The notes under the pieces: generated by a model
Databases searched by the model: none
The model's input: only the letters and a program-made list of their open reading frames with translations
What the model was told of the DNA's origin: nothing
NCBI GenBank assembly: GCA_020054055.1
Contig: JAGVLZ010000241.1
Span: 1 to 25,478 of the forward strand
Origin: Phycisphaerales bacterium
Lineage (GTDB): Bacteria > Planctomycetota > Phycisphaerae > Phycisphaerales > UBA1924
DNA length: 25,478 nucleotides
Reading direction: 5' to 3'
Translations under genes and position numbers: made by a program
Shown here: one piece after another, positions 8,437-18,757 of the stretch
Position numbering within the stretch: position 1 is the stretch's first letter
Layout of the letters: every line of letters begins with the position of its first letter

Positions 8437-8835
8437 ATGAACTCAAAGGTCATCAACTCGGTCGGCGTCGGCATCGCGGTCCTCGTCGTGGGATGGGCCT
8501 GGTACGCCGTCCTCACGACCTTTCCTCCGGCAACCAGCGCGAACCCGGTCGCCCCCGCGCCCGCCGCGCAACTCTCCGGCCCGATGGCGACGATCGCGGC
8601 CCATCAGGCGGCGACCAATGCCCTGCTGAATCCACCGGACCCGTCGCCGAATCCGATCCCCTCCGGCACGGACCCCACCCTGCCGCCGATCGCAAACCCG
8701 AACGAATCCTCGCCCGCGCTCCCCGGCGCGCCGGGCGAGACACCCGCCGCGCCGCCGACCACCACTCGACCCTTACAGGTCGAAAAGTGGGACTTCGATT
8801 TCGAGAAGAAGCCGCTGCCTCCGGACGCGAAGTGA
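8437..8835 (+). CDS. Hypothetical single-pass membrane protein, Pro-rich
   Basis: TM VGVGIAVLVVGWAWYAVL, a long Pro-rich region and an ordered-looking end (LQVEKWDFDFEKK). GGAG about 10 nt before ATG 8437 and TACACT at 8407-8412. Confidence 0.7.
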   Translation: MNSKVINSVGVGIAVLVVGWAWYAVLTTFPPATSANPVAPAPAAQLSGPMATIAAHQAATNALLNPPDPSPNPIPSGTDPTLPPIANPNESSPALPGAPGETPAAPPTTTRPLQVEKWDFDFEKKPLPPDAK

Positions 8836-8836
8836 T

Positions 8837-9772
8837 TCATGGGTCCAAGCCAAGCCCGCGCCGCTTCGCCTCCCATTCCGCCTGCTCTCGCTTGTTCGTC
8901 GAGTCGATCTGCGCCCGCCCCGCGCGGATCGCCTCCACTTCCAGTCGCGTGAGCCGCACCGACTCCATCTCATAGTCGCGGAAGGCTTCCATCGTGATCG
9001 GCACGATCGGCTCCATCAGCCGCCACATCGCCGTCGCGTAGTCGCGGATCTCCGCCTGGGCGTGCGCATCCATCCGCAGCGAGAGGAATCGCAGCACGTT
9101 GTGCAGGTCGCACTTCCAGTACCACTCGGTGTAGAGATTCACCGGCAGCCCGATGCGCGCCAGTTCGCGCGCGACCCCCTTCTCGTTCAACTGGATGTAC
9201 TCGCTGTACAGGGATTCGGCGCGATCGAGATATGCAAGAAACTGCTCCGCCGTCGCGGCGTCGATCGCCTCCTCGCCCCCCTGGCGGTTCGTGGCGCTCT
9301 GCTTCCTCACCATGTCGATCGTCGGTCGATAGAACCGGTCCTGCATCACCGAGTATCGCCCGGAATACTCGTTCACGTTCGCGGTGCGGTGGCGAATCCA
9401 CTGCCGCGCGACGAAGATCGGCATCGCCACATGGAACTTGAACTCGACCATCTCGAACGGGGTCGTGTGGCGATGGCGCATGAGGTAGCGGTTGAGGCCC
9501 CGATCTTCCGAGAGCGACTTTGTCCCGAGGCCATACGAAAGCCGTGCGGCTTGCACAACAGCCTGGTCGGCCGACTGATCCGCCGCAACCAGACGGGGCA
9601 TGACATCGACCAGCGCGATGAACCCGTGCTCGTGAACGGGCAACTCCCAGCGTGCCGCGCCGCGCATGAGGTCGATCACGGGCACATCGAAGGGCACGCA
9701 CCTGATCTCTTTGAGAGCGTCCGCCTGCTTGTTGTCGTGAGAGTTCGGAGATGGTGCCGAGTGTTCAGTCAT
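8837..9772 (-). CDS. thyX: FAD-dependent thymidylate synthase
   Basis: ThyX motif RHRTANVNEYSGRY (RHRx7SxR), H.TPFEMV, ARELARIGLP, FLSLRMD.HAQ.EIR.YA. Confidence 0.97.
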   Translation of the reverse strand: MTEHSAPSPNSHDNKQADALKEIRCVPFDVPVIDLMRGAARWELPVHEHGFIALVDVMPRLVAADQSADQAVVQAARLSYGLGTKSLSEDRGLNRYLMRHRHTTPFEMVEFKFHVAMPIFVARQWIRHRTANVNEYSGRYSVMQDRFYRPTIDMVRKQSATNRQGGEEAIDAATAEQFLAYLDRAESLYSEYIQLNEKGVARELARIGLPVNLYTEWYWKCDLHNVLRFLSLRMDAHAQAEIRDYATAMWRLMEPIVPITMEAFRDYEMESVRLTRLEVEAIRAGRAQIDSTNKREQAEWEAKRRGLGLDP

Positions 9773-9793
9773 TGGTCAGGGCCTTTTCGCAAC

Positions 9794-10654
9794 TCAGAAA
9801 TCGTGGCTTCCGTCGAACTTCCACATCGACCGTTGCAGGCCCTCGTCGTGCAAGGTAGCCAACGCAGCCGAGAGCATCTCAGCGGATGATTCAAGATCGG
9901 AGCAATGCGACCACCGATTCTTCGCGCCGACGGCCTTCGGTCTGGACAAAGCCCGAATCGCGGCATTCGCTCGAGGAAAGATGTGTTGTCGCATGAACGA
10001 CGACCAAGGCCAGTCTTCTCTCCCGAATATCGCCCTCAAGCCCTCGGCTCGCTTGAGCAGTTGGCGACACGCGGCAAGGGCTTCTGAGTTCGACCCCGAA
10101 GTCTCCGACAGTCTGCGGGAACTCAAACGAAACTCGTGCTGGATGTGCGCGAGGCGAGCGGAATCCGCCAGCCTCCTCGGATGATCGGCGATGTGACGCC
10201 AAAGGCGTTCGGTCCCGGGCATGACATTGTCGGCGGGGATCACAACTCGAATGGTGCGTCGCCTCGTCCGCCATTTCGGCTGCTCCGCATCAAGCACGAT
10301 CCGGGCATACTCCTGAAGCCAAAGAAAACGAAACCCATGTGAATGCTTGGCGACCGAGCACACACAGAGCATGAAGGGCACGACGAAGCGCTCCGCATAC
10401 CTCATCACCTGAATCGGGACATCAACCGCGATGCTCCGGCCGGCGTGGATGGGACGTCTCGTTCCCTTTATCTGGAGCAGGAGCAAGCAGCCGGTCGCCC
10501 TTCCCCGGTCGAAGACTTCAACTTCCGCGTCAACTCCGTAGTCGCGGCCTGTCACCTCACGATGCTCCCACGTCTTCGGAAGGCTCAGCATGACAAGCCG
10601 CCGAGCCTCGGACTCGGTTTCATGCTCCCGGGGTCTCACTCGTGTGGTCGGCAT
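9794..10654 (-). CDS. DUF4365-like PD-(D/E)xK domain protein
   Basis: N-terminal RDYGVDAEVEVF...G...LLQIKGT and YAERFVVPFML match the DUF4365 pattern. The helical C-terminal half is unrecognised. Start moved to ATG 10654. Lower GC than its neighbours in spot counts. Confidence 0.75.
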   Translation of the reverse strand: MPTTRVRPREHETESEARRLVMLSLPKTWEHREVTGRDYGVDAEVEVFDRGRATGCLLLLQIKGTRRPIHAGRSIAVDVPIQVMRYAERFVVPFMLCVCSVAKHSHGFRFLWLQEYARIVLDAEQPKWRTRRRTIRVVIPADNVMPGTERLWRHIADHPRRLADSARLAHIQHEFRLSSRRLSETSGSNSEALAACRQLLKRAEGLRAIFGREDWPWSSFMRQHIFPRANAAIRALSRPKAVGAKNRWSHCSDLESSAEMLSAALATLHDEGLQRSMWKFDGSHDF

Positions 10655-10782
10655 TACGGCTATTGACCATACCGCATCTGCTCGACAAGTCTGCCCTTGA
10701 TGGTGGTTCACCTGTGAGCGCTTCGACAGGTTATCAACAGGACGATCGCACACACGACGAATCGCGCTCATCACAGAGAGCA

Positions 10783-12123
10783 TCAACCCTGCTGCGCCAC
10801 ATGCCTCAGCAACGCCTTCGGCAGCAGCAGCGTCAGCCCCCCCGCCACCAGCAGCAGCACCGCGAAACCGCCGAAGGCCGCGTCGATCCGCCAGGAGGGC
10901 ACGGAAGCGATCTCATCCAGCCCCACTCCGCCGACCAGAAACTTCGCGTACCACGGCGCCACGCACGCGAGGCTCCAACTCGTGCCGAGCATCAGCCCGC
11001 TGGCCAGCCCCGTCCGCCCCGGCAACAGCCGTTGGGCAAGCGAGATCGTGCATGGGATCGTCGCGGCAAACCCCATCGCACCAGCGGCGGCCGCGAAGTA
11101 CCCCGCCCACGCGCCAAACTGGTCGCCAAGCACCGCGATCAGCCCCACCGGAATCGCCCCGAGAACCGAAAGCCAGATCATCGGCCCGCGCTCATGCCCC
11201 GGACGGATCAGCCGCCCGCCGAGCAGGCCGAAGATCATCATGCCGACGCTCATCGCCGCGATCAGATTGCCGGTCAAGTTCGTCGCCCCCGTGATGTCAG
11301 CGGGCATCCGCGAGCGCGCCCAGTAACCGAACAGGACCATGAGCCCCGTATTGACGACGAAGCGCATCACATTCGCCGTGAACAGCACCCAGATCGCCCT
11401 CCAACGCGCTCGGCGTTCCTCATCGGGCAGCGCACGATGAATCGAATGATGCCCGTCCTGCCGGTGCGGCGCGTTCGAGGTTGCGCGCATCAGCACCCAC
11501 GCAAAGAGCACAGAAGGAATGATCAGCCACGCGAGGCTCCGCATCCCCCACTCCGCCGTCATGCGCGTGCAGATCAACGGCCCGGTGATGCCGCCGATCA
11601 TCCCCGCCGAATAAAAAATGCTGACCCCCCACGAGCGCCCGTGGCGCAGCGCGCGCTGGGCCAGTTGCCCCGCGAGGGCCGCGCCGATCGGGTGGTACAT
11701 CCCCGTCCCCGTCATCCCGATGATCTGGAGCACGATCAACTGCCAGAAGTTCTCCGCGAAGCCGATCGAGCAGAGGCAAGCGGCACCGAGCGCAAGGCCG
11801 AACCAGGCGCAGAACCGCGTGTCGTATTTGTCCGTCGCCCACGCGAAAAATGCCTGAGGCAGGCCGCTCACGATCGGCCCGACCGCGAACATCGCCGCGT
11901 ACTGGCCGGGGGTCAGGCTCAGGCGATCATTGAGCGTCACCGCGAGCGAGGCGATGAAGACCGGGAAGATGTCGATGACGGTGTGCGACGCCTGGAGCGT
12001 CCAGAATGCGGGTTTCGCGCTCGCCGATTGCTCGCGGCGCGATGCATCGGACACCGTCTGATCTGGGATCTGCGACGCCGCGACCGGATCGGCCGGCGCG
12101 ACCGGTAGTTCGACAAGACCCAT
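10783..12123 (-). CDS. MFS transporter (Fsr/fosmidomycin-resistance-like family)
   Basis: About 12 hydrophobic segments, SHTVIDIF, ATDKYDTR (motif A-like), GTGMYHP, LAQRLLPGRTGLASGL. Start moved to ATG 12123, with GGAG upstream. Confidence 0.85.
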   Translation of the reverse strand: MGLVELPVAPADPVAASQIPDQTVSDASRREQSASAKPAFWTLQASHTVIDIFPVFIASLAVTLNDRLSLTPGQYAAMFAVGPIVSGLPQAFFAWATDKYDTRFCAWFGLALGAACLCSIGFAENFWQLIVLQIIGMTGTGMYHPIGAALAGQLAQRALRHGRSWGVSIFYSAGMIGGITGPLICTRMTAEWGMRSLAWLIIPSVLFAWVLMRATSNAPHRQDGHHSIHRALPDEERRARWRAIWVLFTANVMRFVVNTGLMVLFGYWARSRMPADITGATNLTGNLIAAMSVGMMIFGLLGGRLIRPGHERGPMIWLSVLGAIPVGLIAVLGDQFGAWAGYFAAAAGAMGFAATIPCTISLAQRLLPGRTGLASGLMLGTSWSLACVAPWYAKFLVGGVGLDEIASVPSWRIDAAFGGFAVLLLVAGGLTLLLPKALLRHVAQQG

Positions 12124-12172
12124 GGGCTCGATGCACTCCCTAAGAGCCGCAACAGTAGGCGCGCCGAACAAC

Positions 12173-12970
12173 TCACGCCCCCCGCGACGCACCCGAAACC
12201 GCCAGCAGCACCGTCCCCACCACCAGCCCCATCACCGAAAGCCCCGCCACCGGCCACGTCCACCCCATCGACGCCATCGCGTCCTCGACGGAGCGACTCT
12301 TGGAGCGGTACAGAACCGGGGGCGTGACATGCTGCATCGCCGCGTGCTTCCACGCCTCCGACTGCCGACCGGACTCGCGCAGAAACGTCGGATCGCCGAG
12401 TTTGTCCAGGTCGCCGTACGTCCCCTCGAACATCTCGAAGGCCTTCCCCGGCGAGCGTGATTCGGGCAGCAGTTCGAGAAATCGGTACCGCCACTCGCGC
12501 CGCCGGACTGATCCCCACGAACCGGGGTCATAGTCCCTTGCCGGAAGGCGCATCGCGATGATCAGTCTCGGGTCGATCGTTCCATCGGCGATCCCCTTGT
12601 CCAACTCTTCGGACGACTTCGCCCCCTCCGCCATCACGAGGATGCGCAGCCAGTCATCGTGCCGCAGCAGCCCCGGCAGTCGCGGATCGTCGCGCGTCCC
12701 CTCCTCGATCTCGAAGCCATGCACTTCGCCCCGCCAATGCACCTCCATCCTCGGTCGATCGCCGCCCGCCGCATCCTTCGGCGGGTCGATGGTGACGAGC
12801 GAAGCGGGCTGACCGAGAAACTCAAACTCGGGGCTGGGGATCGGATCATGGAACCACACCACGCTCGTCGTCCGATGCGACAGGCGATCCGCCATCGCTG
12901 GGATCGAAACGACCAGCCCGATGATCGACGCGAGGCAGAGGACAATGCCGATGATCCGGCCTCGGTTCAT
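12173..12970 (-). CDS. Hypothetical membrane protein (N- and C-terminal TM segments flanking a soluble domain), coupled to the oxidase operon
   Basis: ATG 12970 lies 7 nt after the subunit IV stop. TMs: GRIIGIVLCLASIIGLVVSIPAMA and WTWPVAGLSVMGLVVGTVLLAV. No CxxCH. Confidence 0.75.
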   Translation of the reverse strand: MNRGRIIGIVLCLASIIGLVVSIPAMADRLSHRTTSVVWFHDPIPSPEFEFLGQPASLVTIDPPKDAAGGDRPRMEVHWRGEVHGFEIEEGTRDDPRLPGLLRHDDWLRILVMAEGAKSSEELDKGIADGTIDPRLIIAMRLPARDYDPGSWGSVRRREWRYRFLELLPESRSPGKAFEMFEGTYGDLDKLGDPTFLRESGRQSEAWKHAAMQHVTPPVLYRSKSRSVEDAMASMGWTWPVAGLSVMGLVVGTVLLAVSGASRGA

Positions 12971-12977
12971 GGCGCGC

Positions 12978-13544
12978 CTAGTGCCCGCTCGGGGCGGCTT
13001 CCGCCGGCTTTGTCTCACCGTGGCCGGGGTTCGTTTCCTTCGCCTTCGCGTTCTCGCGGGCGGCATCGACCTGCCCCTTGCCCTTGACAAACGTGCCGTC
13101 CGCGGCCCGGTGCGCGTCGCCGCCGTGGACGACCTGCTTGTGCTCCATTGGGTCCATCACGCCGCGTGTCGCCGAGTCCGCGAGCGTCAGCCCGATGAAC
13201 ATGATCACCGCGAAGATCGTCGCGCCCACGATCACGGTGTTCATCGGCTGGTCGTACTTCAGGTGCATGAAGTACATCGCCACCAGCGCCGCCTTGATCA
13301 CCGCGATCGTCATCGCGATCAGAATGTGGGCCGTGCCCCCCAGAACGATCTCGGTGTTGCCGATCCAGAAACCGTGGACGTTTGACGACCACACCGTGAG
13401 CGCGGTGAGCGCCAGCAGGATCATGAAAACCCAGAACATGGGCCAGTAAGGCGTGACGTGGAGGTGCGCCGAGTGCGCCTCGTCCTTGCTCAGCGTCTCG
13501 TGCGGGTCAACGGTGTCGTAAAGACTTGCGGGGCCGTGGGTCAT
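12978..13544 (-). CDS. ctaF: Cytochrome c oxidase subunit IV (caa3-type)
   Basis: YWPMFWVFMILLALTALTV and IAVIKAALVAMYFMHLKYD are typical of the prokaryotic subunit IV family; position after subunit III. Confidence 0.88.
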   Translation of the reverse strand: MTHGPASLYDTVDPHETLSKDEAHSAHLHVTPYWPMFWVFMILLALTALTVWSSNVHGFWIGNTEIVLGGTAHILIAMTIAVIKAALVAMYFMHLKYDQPMNTVIVGATIFAVIMFIGLTLADSATRGVMDPMEHKQVVHGGDAHRAADGTFVKGKGQVDAARENAKAKETNPGHGETKPAEAAPSGH

Positions 13545-13577
13545 GGGAGGTCCTGGGTCGTGGGTCCTGAGTCCTGT
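13533..13577. repeat. Degenerate heptamer tandem repeat spanning the subunit IV start codon
   Basis: GCCGTGG-GTCATGG-(GAG)-GTCCTGG-GTCGTGG-GTCCTGA-GTCCTGT. Confidence 0.65.
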
Positions 13578-13687
13578 GGGCTTGGCGGCTTGCGAAACGG
13601 TGCCGGCGTCTTCTTTGCTCTATCCCAATTCTGCCGGCTTCCTCGGTGCTCCCTGCTTCTCTGCGGTGAATGCCTTTTCGGGTCGCA

Positions 13688-14458
13688 TTACACGAGGTAA
13701 AGCAACGGGAAGAGGAAGATCCAGATGACGTCGACGATGTGCCAGTAGAGGCCGATGTTCTCGAGCGAGGTGTAGTGCTTCGGCCCGTAGTGCCCGCGTG
13801 CGGCCATCCACATCGCCCACCCGATTACGATCATCCCGGCGAAGACGTGGAAGCCGTGCGTCGCGGTCGAGATCCAGTAGACCGACATGAAGATGTGGTC
13901 GTAAGCGTTCGTGACGTAGTGGCCATGATCGACGCTGAGGAGTGTCGAGAACCACGATGCGTGTTCCGTCGCGGCGTGGGCATCGTGCGAGGCATCGTGC
14001 CCGCCGTAGGTGAAGAACCCGCCGGGAAGTTCCCCCTTCTGCCACTTTGGCGCGTACTCCCATCCGAGTTTCACCACGAGAAAGAACGCGGCGCACAACT
14101 CAGTGATGAAGAGGTTGACGAGCATCATCCCCTTGCGGTTCGTCTGCGCCCCGCGGATCGCCAGCACGATTGTGAACGATGACAGGAGCAGCACGACGGT
14201 GTTCGCCGCGCCGATCTTCCAGTTCAGGTAGTGGCGCGACGCCGCGTGCCAGTTCTCGGGGTACCAGTAGCGAAACACGGTGTAGGCGCAGAAAAACCCC
14301 GCGAAGAGCAGGATTTCCGTGGCAAGAAACAGCCACATCCCCAGCTTCGCCGCCTCCATCTCGTCCTGCGCGTTCCGCCAGTGATGACCCGGAACGTACC
14401 GCTCGTGCGGCTCAAGTTCCCGATCCATCGCGGCGCTCTCAGCGGGCAGACTCGTCAT
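13688..14458 (-). CDS. ctaE: Cytochrome c oxidase subunit III
   Basis: KLGMWLFLATEILLFAGFF, GAANTVVLLLSS, ATHGFHVFAG, GLYWHIVDVIWIFLFPLLYL. Confidence 0.95.
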   Translation of the reverse strand: MTSLPAESAAMDRELEPHERYVPGHHWRNAQDEMEAAKLGMWLFLATEILLFAGFFCAYTVFRYWYPENWHAASRHYLNWKIGAANTVVLLLSSFTIVLAIRGAQTNRKGMMLVNLFITELCAAFFLVVKLGWEYAPKWQKGELPGGFFTYGGHDASHDAHAATEHASWFSTLLSVDHGHYVTNAYDHIFMSVYWISTATHGFHVFAGMIVIGWAMWMAARGHYGPKHYTSLENIGLYWHIVDVIWIFLFPLLYLV

Positions 14459-14488
14459 GCGTCGATTCCTTCATTCGGACACAACAGT

Positions 14489-16230
<1,742 letters not shown>

Positions 16231-16234
<4 letters not shown>

Positions 16235-17388
16235 GGCTTGGCCTCCGTCTTCTTCTTCATCTCGTCGGCCGCGGCGGCCGCGGCCGCGTCCTTGTCCGCC
16301 TGGTTCTTGCTCAATGACCTGATGTAGATCGACAGCGACAGAATCTCGCGATCCGTGATCTGCGCCTGGAACGACGGCATCTGATTCGAGAACCCCTCGA
16401 CGATGTGCTTGCCCGGCTCAAGAATGGACTCGCGGATGTAGTTCTCATCCACGACCACCGACCCGCCGTCCTTGAACTTCTCCGTCGCCCCCCAGACCCC
16501 GAGCCACGACGGCCCGGTCCCGGTCGAACCGTCAACGGAGTGGCACGCGACGCAACCCTTGCTCTTGTGCAGCGTCGCGCCGAGCACGTCGAGCGGGATG
16601 CTCCCGGTATCCGCCTGCTGCGCCTTCCACAGTTGATAGTCGCCCTCCGACAGCACCATGATCCGCCCCCACATCTGCGAGTGCTGATCGCCGCAGTATT
16701 CGGCGCAGGTCAGGTAATACCCCTTGTGAAGCGGATCGATCGGTTCCCACAACTTCTCCGACTCGTTCCACTGGTGCGAGACCTTCGTCGGCTCCACCCA
16801 CTGACCCGTGTAGAAGTTCGGGAACACATCGCGCTTCGCGCGGAACGCCGGAAGGTACATGCTGTGGATCACGTCCTGGCTCGACATGATGAACTTCGTC
16901 GGCCGGTTGACAGGGAGCGCGAAGATCGGCGCATCCATGTCCGCGATCCTCTCCGTCTTCAGCGGGCTGGCGCCGTTGTCGTAGACCAGAGACCAGGCCC
17001 ACTTCTTCGCCGTGACGCTGATGACCTCCGAGTCCGCGGGAGCGATCTTCATCGGGATGTACGCGACCAAGCCCCAGATGAACATGATCGCAAACAGAAT
17101 CGTCGGGACGATCGACCAGGTGAGTTCGAGCGCCGTGTTGTGCGAGGGGCTGACCTCCGGCGCGACGCCGGGGATGCGCCGATACTTCCACGCCCACCAG
17201 AACATCAGGTACATGAGGATCACGAAGAAGACGGCGGAGGACCAGAATGTGTAGAAGAACGCGCCGTCGCTCAGGTGCGAGAAGGTCGAGGTGCCGACGT
17301 TGCCGTTGAACCACAACTTGTCCCACCACTCAACGCCCAGCGTGAGTGGGGGCAAGCCGAGAACCGGTTGTGAACCCGTGGTCAGCAT
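16231..17388 (-). CDS. ctaC: Cytochrome c oxidase subunit II with fused C-terminal cytochrome c (caa3-type)
   Basis: CuA ligands DVIH and [12 protein letters not shown], heme c motif CVACH with distal Met (NQMP), two TM helices. Confidence 0.95.
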
Positions 17389-18311
17389 CAGACTCGAACC
17401 TCCTCATCAATCACCGCGGTTCGCGCTCGGCGGCCGCGTTGCCTCGCCACGAAAAAGATGAACCCGCCGAGCGCCACCGCGCACGCCGACGCGCCCACGC
17501 GCATCACCGCGAACGCATCCGCCGAGTATCGCCCCGTCTTCGGGTCGTAGCGGAAGCAGAAGTGCTTGATCCGGTCGAAGATCGTCCCGACCTTCCCGTC
17601 CGCGGCCTCGGCGAGCGCGATCTGCACTTCGCCCGACGTGAAATCCAGTTTCTCAAGGTAGTTGTGAACCTTGCCGTCGGGGGTCAAGAAGATGAGCGCC
17701 GAAGGGTGCGAAAACTCGTTCTGCTCGGGCAGGAACTTGTAGTGGTACCCCACCGCGGTCGTCAGCGCGCGGAGGTTCTCGACATCGCCGGTCAGGAAGG
17801 GCCACGCCGTCTCCGGCACCTGCTTGTTGTATCCAAGCAGGTACGACAACTGCTTCTCGCGCGCCATCGACGGGGTGTTGGTGTGATCGAACGAGACGGT
17901 GACCACGCGGAAATCTTCTCCCGCGGTCCACTTCAACTCGTTCAGCACGCGCTGCACCCGGTTCAGGATGAGCGTGCAGAGCAAGGGGCAATCGTAATAC
18001 GCCATCACCAGGATCACGGGACGCTCGCCGTCGAAGAGTTCGCCGGAACGAACGCTGCGTCCCAGGCTGTCCTTGAAGACGAGGCCGGTCGGCACCGCAT
18101 CGCCGCGATGCTCGACGATCCCGACGTTCTGAATCTCGGGGAGTGTCTCGAGCACCAACTGAGCCCGAGCCGCGGGACCAATCATCAAGAGAACTATCAA
18201 CGCCACAAGCACCGAACCGACCAGATTCGCAGCCGCGGAGCGGCGCAAGCCAATAGCCCCGGGCGTCAGCCCGGGGTCGCGCTTCGCGCTGTCACGTTGA
18301 CCAATCGTCAC
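17388..18311 (-). CDS. SCO1/SenC-family copper chaperone (ACIII-oxidase-associated type with C-terminal TM)
   Basis: YYDCPLLC (CxxxC), FSHPS, C-terminal CFRYDPKTGRYS plus TM. GTG 18311 overlaps the upstream stop (GTGA), so the ORF-track start at 18647 is rejected. Confidence 0.9.
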   Translation of the reverse strand: MTIGQRDSAKRDPGLTPGAIGLRRSAAANLVGSVLVALIVLLMIGPAARAQLVLETLPEIQNVGIVEHRGDAVPTGLVFKDSLGRSVRSGELFDGERPVILVMAYYDCPLLCTLILNRVQRVLNELKWTAGEDFRVVTVSFDHTNTPSMAREKQLSYLLGYNKQVPETAWPFLTGDVENLRALTTAVGYHYKFLPEQNEFSHPSALIFLTPDGKVHNYLEKLDFTSGEVQIALAEAADGKVGTIFDRIKHFCFRYDPKTGRYSADAFAVMRVGASACAVALGGFIFFVARQRGRRARTAVIDEEVRV

Positions 18312-18724
18312 TTCTTCGCCCCCAATGCCCGCTGCTCTTCCATCTGCATCCTCTTCGCCACGTCCAGCGGCACGCGCACCAGTCCCTTCGACGCATCCGC
18401 CCACTCGTACGAGTTGAACTGCGACTGCGCGGCGGAGCGGCTCGTGACGAACTCCGCGTTCACCGGGCGATTCTCCGCCTTCTCCCGCTCCGCGCGCATC
18501 AGCGGCTCGAACAGCCCGTGATAGGTCACCGCCGCGGTGAGGTTCACGATAAACAGCGTCGCCGCCATCACCCCGATGATCCCCCACGCGCGGGTCCCGC
18601 CGTGGGCTTGCTGATGGTGCGGCTCGCTCGAATCGTGCCGAAACCACGAATCGTGCTCCTCGAGATCGTGCTCGAAAGTGATCGAATCGTGGAGCGCCTT
18701 GGTGTCACCGTGTGAATGGCTCAT
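18308..18724 (-). CDS. Small single-TM protein in the ActG position of ACIII
   Basis: 138 aa, one TM (AWGIIGVMAATLFIV), YEWADASKGLVRVPLDVAK...M ending. Sits between actF and SCO as in ACIII operons. His-rich N-terminus. Confidence 0.7.
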   Translation of the reverse strand: MSHSHGDTKALHDSITFEHDLEEHDSWFRHDSSEPHHQQAHGGTRAWGIIGVMAATLFIVNLTAAVTYHGLFEPLMRAEREKAENRPVNAEFVTSRSAAQSQFNSYEWADASKGLVRVPLDVAKRMQMEEQRALGAKK

Positions 18725-18757
18725 GCGAAGTTCACTCCCGACCGTTCGATCGAATCC

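Noticed and set aside
7299-9772. rnhA + thyX + small orphans as a prophage replication/nucleotide module
   Set aside because: Host-like codon usage, convergent orientation, and no integrase, structural or other phage genes in the window.
10710-10731. ACCTGT-N10-ACAGGT dyad upstream of the DUF4365-like gene as an SOS box
   Set aside because: The spacing is CTGT-N10-ACAG, not the N8 of the proteobacterial LexA box. The 6-bp arms could be chance.
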